Assembly: GCA_028534125.1 (NCBI GenBank)
Contig: CM052816.1
Location: forward strand, 77,254,001 to 77,318,000
From: Lama glama
Taxonomy: Eukaryota
DNA length: 64,000 nt
Direction of reading: 5' to 3'
Part shown: in pieces, positions 26,695 to 40,039 of the stretch
Layout of the letters: the number at the start of each line of letters is the position of its first letter
Numbering within the stretch: the first letter of the stretch is position 1
Notes under the pieces: generated by a model
What the model saw: the letters and a program-made list of their open reading frames with translations, nothing else
What the model was told of the DNA's origin: nothing
The model's database searches: none
Translations under genes and position numbers: made by a program

Positions 26695-26949
26695 AAGCTT
26701 CCACATAAGGATTTTAATCTTCAGTAAACACAGTGAAAAACTGAGGCCAGAGAGAAGTCCTTGCTCCTCATTGGTAACCCCATAGATGGGAAAACTGAAA
26801 ATTACAAGCTCTGAGATAGGAAGATAGGAAAAAAATTTGAATAAAGAAGATATTACAGAAAGCACTATTGGGCCTAAAACTTGTTTACAAGTTTTAGACC
26901 ATGTTTCCTTGAAGAACATGGTCCCTAAGGCATGGGACTCAGGACAAAT

Positions 26950-27606
26950 TTTTTTTAACATTTTTTTATTGATTTATAATAATTTTACAATGTTGTGTCA
27001 AATTCCAGTGTAGAGCATAATTTTTCAGTTATACATGAACATATATATATTCATTGTCACATTTTTTTTCTCTGTGAGCTACCATAAGATCTTGTATATA
27101 TTTCCCTGTGCTATACAGTATAATCTTGTTTATCTCTTCTGCATTTTGAANNNNNNNNNNNNNNNNNNNNNNNNNNNNNNNNNNNNNNNNNNNNNNNNNN
27201 NNNNNNNNNNNNNNNNNNNNNNNNNNNNNNNNNNNNNNNNNNNNNNNNNNTTCCCACCCCCCGCCCCCTTGGCAACCACAAGTTTGTATTCTATGTCTAT
27301 GAGTCTGTTTCTGTTTTGTATTTATGTTTTGTTTGTTTGTTTTAGTTTTTATTTAGATTCCTCATATGAGTGATCTCATATGGTATTTTTCTTTCTCTTT
27401 CTGTCTTACTTCACTTAGAATGACATTCTCCAGGAGCATCCCTGTTGCTGCAAATGGTATTATGTTGTTGGTTTTTATGGCTGAATAGTATTCCATTGTA
27501 TAAATATACCACATCTTCTTTATCTAGTTGTCTATCGATGGACATTTAGTTTGCTTCCATGTCTTGGCTATTGTAAATAGTGCTGCTATGAACATTGGGG
27601 TGCAGG
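26950..27606 (-). mobile_element. Young camelid-type L1, 5'-truncated
   Basis: Same 3' UTR as the 20129 element. TSD TCAGGACAAAT at 26939-26949 and 27607-27617. Confidence 0.9.
27151..27250. other. Assembly gap (100 N)
   Basis: N run inside an L1. Confidence 0.99.
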
Positions 27607-28079
27607 TCAGGACAAATGTTTTGATGGAGACAAGGAGGAAAATGCCAGTGTCAGTGAGTCTGATGGACTTGATAGTGGCCACAAAGAGAAAGTAACTGTG
27701 TCCTGAAAGCACTGAGGGGCTGGAACCATCACACCTAATTCCTTCATGGATGGGCATTGAGAAGAATAAGGTAGTGGGGGTAGGTCTACTTCACATGCCT
27801 CAATTTTCCGAAGGAAGATGAACGATATGGAAAAGCGTTCTAGTAAGGCTCTCGGCTTACTGCAAGCTTTATTGACGCTATTACTATGCAGTGTTTCGCT
27901 TGTTGTGATTACGCTAGTTTAACTATTTATTGTTTGTAAATTTCATAATATATTACCAAACAACTTGCAACCACTTTAAAAGAAGGAATAGTCCGATGGA
28001 AATTTGACCTGTTGCTAGAGAGAGTGAGAGAGAAATTAGTGGGAATTATGATCAGTGCAGTTGTTTTGTATAGTACCGA

Positions 28080-28530
28080 TTCCCCTCCCCTCCAAACTTC
28101 TTGTCTTCTGTTTGCCTGATGCATTCGATTCCTCCCAGCTCCTGGGAGGAGTCAGCCAGTGGGGAGCTCTGTGTGGGCAGGGGATGCAGAGGAGGGAGCA
28201 GAGGGAGGCTGGGGTCGATATTCCCCTTGCTCTCTTCTTGTGAGGCTGCCGAGGCTGGATGCATCCCTCAGCTGAGGGGCAGGGCTCCTGTCAAACAGCC
28301 CCTTCTGCATAGCTCTGTGAATCTGTATTCTGGTAACATCCCTTCTCCTGGTCCCTTTGGGTTTAGGGGTGCTAACTATTCCCATCGTTACTTGCTCTGG
28401 GTACTGCCTTAGCCCTTAAGTTTCCCCCACACCCTGCCCATATCTTTGTCAATAGTCCTTTTCCATCAAGCCCTCTTATCATCCAGTTCGAGTGCACCAC
28501 TGCTTACCGCCAGGGCCCGGATGGAATTAT
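28080..28530 (+). mobile_element. Old ERVL-type LTR (LTR40/LTR67-like)
   Basis: ccctttgggtttaggggtgctaac...ccctgccca...tttgtcaatagtcc motifs. Family uncertain. Confidence 0.45.
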
Positions 28531-28748
28531 TTCCCCTCTAAGTCTTCCGTGGTTAGGAGACTAAATTCTAGACCTGGCCTTTACAGAAACAAGCTAAGCA
28601 GCCGTGGGCAAATTGCCTCATTGATCTAGACAAGGAAACCCCTGGGATCTGGCGTTCGAAGATTTAAAACATAGCTCTGAGCTGAATGAGGAAGCTCTTC
28701 CGCCTCCTTTCAGTGCTTTAGTACATGATGTTATTTTCTTGAGGAAAC

Positions 28749-29273
28749 TGTCAACTGGAAAAAAAAAAAGGCACAACCCAAAAGTCCAGAGTTATGTTTT
28801 ATTCAGCAGACTTTCTGAGGACTTGAGCCTGGGACGCAGCCTCTCAGATCACTTTAAGAAACTGCTCTGAAGAGGCAAGGGAGGAGCCGGTATATACAGG
28901 AGTTTTTGCAACAAAGACCAGCTAGTCAGCATATCAAAAGATCACTGTTAATTAAAGAAAACTAGACACCTCAAGTTAAGGAAATTAGTGCTTTTCTAAT
29001 TTGCACCTTTGCACATGGGAAGGTGCAAAGGTCTGGGCTTGTTGAAATCATTCCTTTGATTTGCACGTCGCTGTCTAGAGCCAGTGTCCTGTTCTTCCAC
29101 ATCCTGAGCTCCCTTAGGGGGCACCCTTCCGGGTGGCTGCAGAGGCGGGCTGCCTGCTGATCTCCATCCTGAGTTCCCTCCGCTCACCATCGGGGGTGGC
29201 GGTAGCGGCTGATGACTTGATGGCCTCAGCATTCTTTGTTTACTGACATGGCAGGCAGTATTTTTTATTCACA
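28749..29273 (-). mobile_element. Solo LTR, ERV1 class, related to the LTR at 15694
   Basis: TG...CA termini. The minus strand starts tgtgaataaaaaatactgcctgccat (cf. tgtgaactaaaaattggcacttgccat) and has a similar U5 end. Flanks AAAC / AAAG. Confidence 0.75.
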
Positions 29274-29855
29274 AAAGCGACAAGGCAGGAGAAGAGAAGG
29301 ATAAAAATACTAAGCTGCCCATGAACACAGGGCAGTGAACGCTAAGATTTGGCTAAAGAATGGCAGCAGGTAGTATCAGGCCCAGGCTGATGGGGGATTG
29401 AAACCAGAGGCTTCAGCAGAGCAAAGGCAGGAAGGAGATTTTAAGTAAACTCAGGCTCCTGGGAAGCTGCGGACAGACAGACGGTGCTGTGAACGGCCAT
29501 TCCTACCATCTGCTGTCACCCCTGGGTCTGATGCTCTAGTGACAGTGACCATTGGCTAAGCACCTCCCATGTCCCAGGCATGGTGCTTTGTGTTCCTTGG
29601 CTTATTTTGACTTTGCGGGACAGAGAAAACCAGCGTGGAGATAGAGGCCAAGTCACTTGCACAAAGACGCAAGGCTTGTAAATGTCAAAGTAGGATTCCA
29701 AGCCTTAGATTTAATCACCCATTCAATAACCCCTTTTCAAAACAGATTTAGCCTGGCCCTGAGGATGGACCTCCAGGCCAGCATGGACACTGGGAAGATT
29801 CAGCAGTGCCTCCTTGTACCTTTCAGGGATCACTGAAACTGACCCAAATTCACTG

Positions 29856-30287
29856 TGTTACAGTTCATATGCCCAATGCACAGTGAGGCCAAACAAACCA
29901 AAACATTTGTAGGGCTGAGCAAGGAACATGTGTGACTCATGCCCAGAAAAGCCCCAAACTCCTCAAAGGGTTTCAGCAAAGCATTTTTAAAGGCAAGGTG
30001 AGGGAAAGGCATCCCCGGGCATGTGATCAGCTCGTGCACAATTCTCTGATTGGTTGATGTTGATGTAATAGGGCGGTTAACGTTATCAATTCTTAGGCGC
30101 CAGAAGGTCTGGGAGCTATGTGTTCATGAGCATCAAGTAGTTAATTTCTTCCATTTGATGGTGGTTTTTAGCATCTGAAGAACTCAGGAAATATGCAAGA
30201 GATAGTATTATCTGAGAGGAGCTACAGCGGAGGGTATGGGGGAGGGGTATGTCCCAGGAAGGCCCCATAGGGTCCTGCTCGGTTACA
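29856..30287 (-). mobile_element. Solo LTR, ERV1-like, different family
   Basis: Minus strand TGTAACCGAGCAGGACCC...TGTAACA with a CCAAT box (ctgattgg on +). Flanks ACTG / ACAG. Confidence 0.75.
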
Positions 30288-33200
30288 ACAGAGGTTAGAC
30301 CAATACCAACCTTCTCTGGCTGAACCAGAACTTTTACAGAACCAGATGAGGCCTCCAGTCCTGGATCAGGGAGCCCATTTCTTCACTGCCTCCCTTCCAC
30401 CTTGCCCTTTCTGTCCAGGTGTGGATCCATATTTCCCTGTGACCAGGTCCACAGGGGAACAAGCTCTGGGAAGCAGAGAAATGGGACCTGAAAAGGTGTT
30501 TGTCTCTGTGGATTCTCCTCTGTGTGTGGTATAGTGCTGGGAGAGGAGGAAAAGCATTCCTCAGGCAGTAAACAACCCAGACCAATTTGCACCCCAGCCA
30601 CCGAGCTGTAATCTTTTCATTATGCTTTGCATATTTGTAACCAAGAGTTCTATTGCTCTGGTACAAACAAGATTGCAATCAGCCTGCCAAAGGATTTTCT
30701 TTAAACATCAGTCTTTATAGAAGAAAAAAAGCGGCCATCCACACTGAAGGCCTTGTGAATAAGTGAGCCCTCCTATTCTCTTGAGCTGGAGGACAGTGTG
30801 CAAAGCTTGGTTCTGAGAAGAGAGGACTTGCTTCCTTCAAACTGCCCTCCCAAGGTGTTCTGCAGTTTGGTGACAGCAGCCTCAACACCTTTTAAATGCT
30901 TTGTCTAGTGGGTGCCAGCCTCCTTGAGCTGTTCCCAGAGATGCCTGTTGCAGCTGCCACATTTAATGTGCCTGTCCTGAGGTCCTCCTGTGCTTCTCCT
31001 GATTCTCTCAAGTGAATAAAAATAACTATGGGCCATGGAGCTCACGACCCTATTCCAGTGTGCAAGCTTCAACTCCAGATATGTTTGCGCATGTCCGGGC
31101 CTACTGGTCTACAGAGAAGATGAAACAGACACGGAATTTCCTATCTGTTTCCGAGATCTCAGGGTCCTGCGTAAGGCAGCGGTTAGGATGAAAGAAGTTT
31201 AGTTATGCAGAGGCCAGATACACGTACCGTGACCGAAGCATGTCCTAATCCTGTTCTGCTGGGGAATGAAGCAATTAAAAGGAAAGAAGTCCAACCAACG
31301 CAGGTAGATTCTTTACTCAACTCAGTGACGCAGATCTCTCAGCACAGGCTGGAGTGACCGGAGCTCAGAAATAACGGACAGTGTCTCCGGTGGAAGAGGC
31401 ATCTGAGATTTTTGAACTGGGCTGAAAATCCTGGGCTCCAGGGGGTCTCCCCTGTGGTCAAAGAATGCTGCTCCCAAGCCATGGAAAGGGCCTTGAGAAC
31501 CCGTGTGTTACCCTCGAGAAGACGCAATGGAAACCCTTGCTGGGCCGACACTGGTGCTCACGGTAAGGCTGCCACTGTGCCAAGCCCTGCCGTGAACATC
31601 GGGATCCCTTCTCTGGTTCCTTTAGAGTCTGTTGTGTGGAGAAGCAGAGTCAAAGAGTGCATTTCTGCTGCTATTCTCGCTCCTCTACCCCGCCAGCCCT
31701 CTGTCGCCAGCATTTCTCAAACCATAGTTTAGCTGTGAATACCCGAGATTGTCTTCCTGAGCTGACCACAGTCTCCCTGGTGGTCATGCCACTTTCTGGC
31801 ATAGCCAGGCAGAAGGCCAGCAGCCTCAGAGCCTCTGAGACGAGGGGAGAGGAAGGATGCCTTCCTTTCTCATCCCAAAGGCAGCTGTGGGTCCTAACCG
31901 CCTGGACACACAGGGTAGCATCAGGCTGAACAAATTACAGGGAGTAATTGAGGGACAGGGTCTGGGTCGGGGGAGGGGACACTGTGTCTTGAACTGGACC
32001 AATGTTTTCAAAGGCCTACGTTTTGTGAAAGTGTGGCCAAAATTTGGCTTTCTCTTTGTGAATGAACCCATTTGTGGGAAATTCTGAAAGAAATCAAAGA
32101 AAATAAATAAAGAGAAGGAAAGAAAGAAAGAGAAACAGAGAGAGACAGACAAAATGAATACTTTCAATGCTAGCGATCAAGTGAACCTACAATTTCAGAG
32201 CTTTTTTCTCCCCCCAGGACTCTTCTGCAGTTTTGGGGGCAACACTTTGGTCCCCAACTCTTTTGTTCAAAATGCCGAGACAGCAGTCATGGAACTCTTG
32301 GGTCCTCTCAGGGGCTGAATGTGGAGGGAAATAAATTCAATTTCAGCCACTGGGTAGCATTCACTGAGCATGCATTCTGCCTTGTGCTGGGAACTCACAG
32401 AGGTCTTTGCTTCTGTTTGGAAGCAAAGACTTCCATATGCAAAACATTAGAAATAATTTCAAGTCTGTCAGTAACGGGGGTGGAGAATAGAGGAAATTTA
32501 AAGTTACCCACAGAAGAAAAGTGTGAAGGATGACTTGAGAGAGGAGGGAAATTGAGGAGAGGACTGAGTGACATAGAGTATGGCGGTGGAGATTTTGAGT
32601 GGGTAGCCTGTACCTTACTTATCGGCACCTCCTTGCGCTTGAATCTTCCTCCCCAATCCCACCTTCCCCCACAAACACAAGGATGTTGTCAGAACTTTCC
32701 AACATCCTTCCTCCATTCCTTCTTTTACTGAAATTTTACTCATCCTCCATAGCTTAGCTTAACCTCTGTCTTCACGCAGACTTTTTCGGCATCAGCAGCT
32801 CACATTGATTCCCCTTTCTGGAAACTCTTCTTCCACTTATTAGTCAGTATCACCCATTAAGTGCTTAGTTGACTTCTGTTTCTTTCAAGTATGTGTTTTG
32901 TTGGTGTTAATAAATGATACAGTTCTCAAGGACCAGGATCATATCTTCCAGTGGGATCAGACAGAGGAGGATACAGTGAAGTCACTTTGCAAACTCTGGT
33001 TGGATCGGTGAAAGGTTCAGAACCTTGTTTCTCCGAGAGTATTATTGTGCCAGTGTCCGGACAAGCTTTCCATTTCTTGCCCATTTCATTGGCCATGCAG
33101 CCTGCCTCATTCTTCTTAGGGGTCCCATTTCCAGCCCAGTGGGTAAGAATGTGTTAGTTCCTTGCAAAATGTTTGAGAAGAAGTGTTGTATTGTTCTTAG

Positions 33201-34782
33201 ACAACAGAGAAGATCAGTGGGCCTGGTTCTTGTGCTTCATACATAAATATGCATTAAGCTGTGATAAAAAGCAAAACTTGGAGACTGCTGCCACACACTC
33301 AGCACGGAAAGGAGGATGTAGATCTTTTCAGCTAATACACAGTAGCGTCAGGTGCCGTTTCAGGAACAGCCAACTTTAGTTAATCAGTGCATAGGTAATC
33401 CACCACCTTTGTTCTGGCTCAGATCTCTCCTGCCTCTTTTTAGTGTTTTGAGTTTCTAAGATTTCTTCCCCAGGGGGCATGGAGGTAGGGAAGAAGAACA
33501 AGTAAAAGAAGACAGTTAGCAAAAGCCATGTTAGTGGACCCGCAGCTCTGCTTGGAGACTTGCTGGGAGAAGGCTGAAAGGTGACGCTCATAACAAAATT
33601 TGGGGTTTTGGATCACCCCAATATTTAGAAGGTATATGCCAGCCATGTACATCCACATTGCCCTGGAAATACACAGAATGGTAGTCTGAATGCAAACTGG
33701 GCCGTGTGCAGCATCTGAAATGTACCGCAAATAGTTGTGCCCTCTGTTTTAATTTTGTTCTAAGATGTAATCATAAGTGCTGTCATTTAATGAGTATTAT
33801 TTGCAGACCCTCTATGTGCAAGGTGATCTCCTCCGCAAAACAGCTCTTCACAGTGAAAACAATTGCCTCGTTTATACAGATCAGGAAACTGAGGCTCGGA
33901 AGAGTAAAGTAGACTTCATCTGTTCAACAGATGCTGATAGCGCGTCTTTCGTGTTTCAGGACTTAGAACCACCAAGGAGCAGAACTAGGACCGAGGGCAG
34001 GTGTATCTGGATCCCAAGCCTCTGTTCTTTCCTTGGAACTGCACTTCTTCCCTTAGGGGAAGGCCTTCTCTTTCATGCTCTTTTTAAAAATATTTCCTTT
34101 GCTTTCTGGCAGCTTTTTGAGTACAAAGTGGGGACTGTTAACTATGTTCAGCAAATGGGTGATATTGAAATATATCTGGTTTGTTTGTTGTTGTTGTTGT
34201 TTAAAGAAGAGGGAGAGAGAGAGAGAGTTACAGGACTTATTTTTGTGCTTCTTCATTTAGGAGCAGGTTTGGGAAAGAAAAGGAGAGCCAGTAGTTCCTA
34301 AAGGCAATATTTTGGCTGTGTCATCTGATTAAATGAGCTGATGGATTCAGGGGTAGTTTTGTTAAAGGAATTTCGTCTGACAAGTAAATTAAGTTCTATT
34401 CCTCATCCTTTAGGCTCTGTCCCAGAGAATCTATCTGGTTCCCCAGCCCACATACCCTAGAGGCAACTTGGACACCCCTCACCCAGTCTAACTGAGGGCG
34501 TCTACCTGTTTAATATACCCACATCCTCCACCCACACTGCCATCTACAGTTCACACCATGGTTTTCTCTTGCCGACATTTCTGCAGCTGATTGATCCCCA
34601 GAGCTCTGGTTTTATTTCCATCAAATTCACTTCCCACACAGCTGGCAGCATACATTTTTTGATAGGTAAATATGGAATATGTCAGTTGGACCCTATTTCT
34701 TCCCACTGCTTTCAGGTAAAGCCCAAACATTTCAGCAGAGCAAATACCCTCCCTCATAATCCAGCCCAGCCCTGTTCAGTCT

Positions 34783-35243
34783 GACGTGGGCTACATACAT
34801 CATTTCAAATGTCCTTGTAGCCATATTTAAAAAGTAAAAAGAAACAGAGGAAAATAGTCTTAGTATATTTTATTTAACCCAGTATATCCAAAATATTATC
34901 ATTTCAACATTCAATCAGTATTTTTAAAATACCAATATTTTGCCATATTTTTTTCTTATACTTTGTCTTCAAAATCTGACCACCAAATTTTTATCAGAAA
35001 TACTTGATCTATATTTAGAGTTCATAACGTTTACACGTTAAAGAGTAAATTCACATAACCAAATTGTTCCAAGCATACTTAAAATTATTCTAATAACTGA
35101 GTCAAGCATCAGTTTAAATTAAAATTTATTAAAAATGAATTTAAATTTTAAAATTTAAAATTCAATTATTCTGTCCCTTTAGGCCCATGTGAAGTGCTTA
35201 ATAGTTATGTGTGCCTAGTGGCTACCATATTGAACAGCACAGA
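34783..35243. mobile_element. hAT-Charlie DNA transposon fragment (MER3/MER33/Charlie1-like)
   Basis: tttatttaacccagtatatccaaaatattatcatttcaaca and a terminal ctagtggctaccatattgaacagcacag. Confidence 0.7.
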
Positions 35244-35274
35244 GCTAAGCCCTGGTTAAATTTCTCAAGAAGAT

Positions 35275-38100
35275 CTTGAGGACATTGTGCTAAGTGAGAT
35301 AAGTCAGACACAGAAAGGCAAATACTGTAGATCACTTACATGTGAAATCTAAAAATGTCAAATTTGTGAAGACAGAGAGAAAAATAGTGGTTACTAGGAG
35401 CTAGGGGGTGAGGAAAGAGGAAATAGGAGAGATGTTTAAGGGCATAAACTTGCAACTGGCAGACAGATAAGTCCTAGAGATTAATGCAATGCAAAGGATA
35501 GTGAATATAGACAATAGTGTCACATAATAGTCATAAAACTTGCTAACAGACTAGATCTTGACAATTCTCACCACAAAAAAGAAAGGATAATTAATGCCAT
35601 GCAATAGGGGTGCTTAACAGCTGCTACAGTGGCAGTTGTGTTACAGGCATAGCTCATTTTATTCTGCTCATTTTATTGCACACAGATACTGGTTTTTTGC
35701 TTTTTTTTTTTTTTCAAATTTAAGGCTTGTGGCAACCCTGCACCAAGCAAGTCTATCAGCGCCATTCTCCAGACAGCACCAGCTTACTTCATGTCACATT
35801 TCAGTAATTCTCATAATATTTCACACTTTTTCTTTATTATTATATTAATTATGGTGGCCTGTGATCAGTGATCTTTGATGTTACTATTGCAATTCTTGGT
35901 AGGCACCACAACTGTGCCCATATGAGACAGCAAACTTTATCCATAAATGTCGTGTGTGTTCTGACTGCTCCCCCGACCAGCCGTTCCCCCATCTCTCTCA
36001 CTCTCCTCAGGCCTCCCTATTCCCTGAGATACAACGGTATTGAAATTAGGCCAATTACTAACTCTACAGTGGCCTCCAAGTGTTCAAGTGAAAGGAAGAA
36101 TTAAATCAAAAGCGAAAAAATGATTAAGCTTAATGAGGAATGCATGTCAAAAGCTGAGATAAGCCGAAAGCTTGGCCTCTTGTGCCAAACAGCTGGCCAG
36201 GCTGTGGATGCAAAGGAAAAGTTCTTGAAGAAAATTAAATGTGCTGCTCCAGTGAATACATGAATGATAAGAAACCAAAATAGCCTTATTACTGATGTGG
36301 AGGAAGTTTGAATGGTCTGGATAGAAGACCAAACAGCCACAACATCCCCTTAAGCAAAAGCCTAAACCTGACTCTCTTCAATTCTTTGAAGGCTGAGGGA
36401 GGTGAGGAAGCTGCAGAGGAAAAGCTTGAAGCTGGCAGAGATTGGTTCTTGAAGCTGAAGGAAAGAAGCCGTCTCCATAATATAACAGTGTGAGGGGAAG
36501 CAGCAAGTGCTGATGTACACGCTGCAGCAAGGTTTCCAGAAGATCTAGCTGAGCTCATTACTGCAGGTGACTACGCTACACAACAGATTTTCAATGTAGC
36601 CAAAACAGCCTTTTATTGGAAGAAGGTGTCCTCTAGGACTTTCATAGCTAGAGAGGAGAAGTCAATGCCTGGCTTCGAAACTTCAAAGGACAGGCTGACC
36701 CCCTTGCTAGGGGTTAATGCAGCTGGTGACTTGACATTGAAGCCAATGCTCATTTACCTACCATTCCAGAAATCCTAGGGCCCTTAAGAATTATGCTGAA
36801 TCTGTTCTGCCTGTGGTCTGTAGATAGAGCAATAAAGCCTGAATGACAGCACATCTGTTGACAACATGGTTTACTGAATATTTTAAGCCCACTGTTGTGA
36901 CTTACTGCTCAGAGAAGAAGATTCCTCTCAAAATATTACTGCTCATGGACAGGACACCTGGTCACTGAGAGCTCTGGTGGAGATGGACAACGAGATCTGT
37001 GCTGTTTTCGTGCTGCTAACACAGCATCCACTCTGCATCCCACAGACCAAGGAGTAATTTAGATTTCCGGGTTTAATTTAAGAAATACCATTCATAAGGC
37101 TACAGCTGCCACAGGTTGTGATTCCTCTGATGGATCTGGGCAACATCAACTGAAAACCTTCTGCAAAGGAGTTGCCATTCCAGATGCCACTGAGGACACT
37201 CATGATTCATGGGAAGAAGACAAAATATGAACATTCATAGGAGTTTGGAAGAAGTTGATTCCAACCCTCATGGGTGACTTTGAGGGATTCAGGACTTCAG
37301 TGGAGGAAGTCGCTGCAGATACAGTAGAAATAGCAAGAAACTAGAATTAGGAGTGGAGCCTGAAGATGTGACTGAATTGCTGCAACCTCATGATAAAATA
37401 TCAATGGATAAGGAGCTGCTTCTTACGGACGAACAAAGAAGGTGGTTTCTTGAAATAGAATCCACTCCTGGTGAAAACGCTGTGAAGGTTGTTAAAATGA
37501 CAACAAAGGATTTAGAATATTATGCAACCTTAGTCAGTAAAGCAGCAACGGGGTTTGAGAAGATTGACTCCAGTTTTGAAAGAAGCTCTACTGTGGGTAA
37601 GATGCTGTCAAACAGCATGGCATGCTGTGGAGAAATTGTGAAAGGACTTGTCAATCAATGTGGCAAACTTCATTGTTGTCTTCTTTTAAGAAGTTGCCAC
37701 AGCCACCACAAACTTTAGCAACAACCACCCCAATCAGTCAGCCACCAACATCAAGGCAAGACCCTTGACTAGCAAGATGATTATAGCTTGTTGAAGGCTG
37801 AGATTTTTTTTTAGCATTTTTAGCAACAAAGTATTTTTAAATTAAGGTGTATACATTGTGTTTAGACATAATGCTATAGCATACTTCATAGACATAACTT
37901 TTATATGCACTGAGAAACCAAAGAAATTCTAGTGTCCCACTTTATTGAGATATTTGCTTTATTGCCATGGTCTGGAACCAAATCAAAACTATCTCTGAGG
38001 TATGCCTATACAATATATGAATGTATCAAGTCAATACATTGTCTGCTTTAAATTTGCACAATGTGATACGTCAAATATATCTCAATAAGAAAAAGAAAAA
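35275..38100 (+). mobile_element. Old L1 3' UTR split by Tigger1
   Basis: L1 3' UTR at 35275-35641 resumes at 38011 and ends atatctcaataagaaaaagaaaaa. Confidence 0.75.
35644..38008 (+). mobile_element. Tigger1 (pogo/Tc1-mariner), near full length, transposase pseudogene
   Basis: TIRs CAGGCATAGCTC / GAGGTATGCCTA flanked by TA. Transposase fragments ([35 protein letters not shown]) are interrupted by stops and frameshifts. Confidence 0.92.
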
Positions 38101-39589
38101 TAGCAGCTAACACTGGAGTATGTCAGACACTGGTTTGCTTCCATATATTAACTTATTTTAATTGAGTTGTCACAGGACAGCAATTCTATGAGGTAGATAC
38201 TATTATATCCCCATCTTACAGAAGGCAAAATTGAGACACAGAGATTTTAAGTAAATTTCCCAGGTTCGCACAGCAAGGAAGTAGCAGGACTGAGGTTTAA
38301 ACCCAGAGAGTCATGCCCTAGAACTCGTGCTCTTAACCACAACAATCTTGACTGCCTCAAATTCCTGGAGCTCCAAGAAGCTTCTCTCGCTTCAAGGCTG
38401 TCACATCTGTTTCTCCTCCCTGCTGTAGCAATTCTCCAGTAAAGGCTTGGGAATGCATGTTGGCTCCTTCGGATTGGGATGGTGCCACTTCCCACACTGC
38501 AGCATTATTTTTCTGGTAATTATTTGGTGCTTATCTATGCAGATTGTGGAAAGCAGTGTATTACTAAGACAAATGTCAGGTTCATAACAAATTCCAGAGC
38601 AGAAAAAATATTTAATCAGATGTGCTTATCAAGGCTCTTTTCCCCCCTTCAGAAGTGGCCACGCTGCTTTTCGGCCGATACTGTCCCCCTGCCCTGGCTA
38701 AAGCATTCGTTGAACCCTCTGGGTTACATAACTTGGTGTGAACCCACTTCCTCTGGCCATAGGAGACAATGGTTCTCAGAGCATTGACATGAACATTTCC
38801 TGTTCTCCCTGGCTAATGAAGAACAGCCTTTCCAGGAAACATGTGCTTTCTGAAGTCTGACACTGAGTGCACTAAGCAGCCTGAGAATGGGGTGCAGTTA
38901 AGTATGATTAAAAGTGGAAGATTAAAAAATATTACAAAAATATTGTAACAGGAAATGGAAAAGAATAAGAATTATGCGCAAGGCAGCTCTGGCGGGACTT
39001 TGACCTCAAAAAAGAAGTTACTTCGTTACATGAGAAGGTAAAGGGATGCCGTTACCATAAATCACTATTAAAATTCACATTAACGAAATTACATTTAAAA
39101 AATTAGATGAGAAGAGGGAATGCTAATTAGATTCTTGTACAGTCAAGCTAATCGGTATTCTTTTCACAGGCAGCAGATAGAATTTATACGGAGACGCTGC
39201 TGACATATTATTGGCCATTGGAGGACAGCACCAAATGGTTCAGTGTTAACTGCTAGAGATGAATCAGCTTCTTAATTTAACCTCACAGACATGAACCAAG
39301 GAAGATTATCTTCTAAGATACTTGTAGCCGGAGACTGGCCTTAACTTGGTGCCAGGTTGTCAGCAAAAGATCTGAACATCTGCGGGCCTTAAAACCGTGG
39401 ATGGACAGCCTATGACAAAAACCCACGACAGCATGAGATGGGTTTTAGAGAAATCATATGTGGATGGGGTTGTGAAAAGCAGCTTCTAAACGTGGAAAAG
39501 AAGTAAATTATCCTTCCTTTCCTTCTCCCCTGACCTGTCTCCATACACACCAGGGTTTCTCCTTGATCCCTATCCACTATAAAGGAGAG

Positions 39590-40039
39590 GGTAGGGTGTT
39601 GGGCCAAGATGGCGGAGTGGAGAGACCCACGGCTCTCTCTCTCCCACAGGTGCACCAAGAGTTGCACCTATGGACCCGCTGGGTCACGCAGGGCTCCTGC
39701 TGGGCTCTGGCAGAGCGTCTCTCCTTTTGGAGATGCAGGAGGATTCTCACAGAATCCGATAAACAACAAGTTCATACTGTATAGCACAGGGAACTATATT
39801 CAATATCTTGTAGTAACTTATGGTGCAAAAGAATATGAAAACAAATATATGTATGTTCCTATATGACTGAAGTATTGTGCTGTACACCAGTGATTGACAC
39901 AACATTGTAAACTGACTATACTTCAATAAAAATACATTTTAAAGAAAGGAAGGAAGGAAGGGAGGAAGGAAAGAAGGAAGGAAGGAAGGAAGGAAGGAAG
40001 GAAGGAAGGAAGGAAGGAAGAAAGGAAGAAAAAAGAAAG
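39590..40039 (+). mobile_element. Short L1-derived element: L1 5' UTR start fused to the L1 3' terminus, with a (GGAA)n tail
   Basis: CAAGATGGCGG (YY1-type L1 start) at 39605, junction at 39758/39759 into ATAAACAACAAG, AATAAA, purine tail. TSD AAAGGAGAG at 39581-39589 and 40040-40048. Confidence 0.8.

Noticed and set aside
36140..37718. Domesticated TIGD/CENP-B-like gene
   Set aside because: Multiple stops and frameshifts with retained TIRs indicate a neutral Tigger1 fossil.
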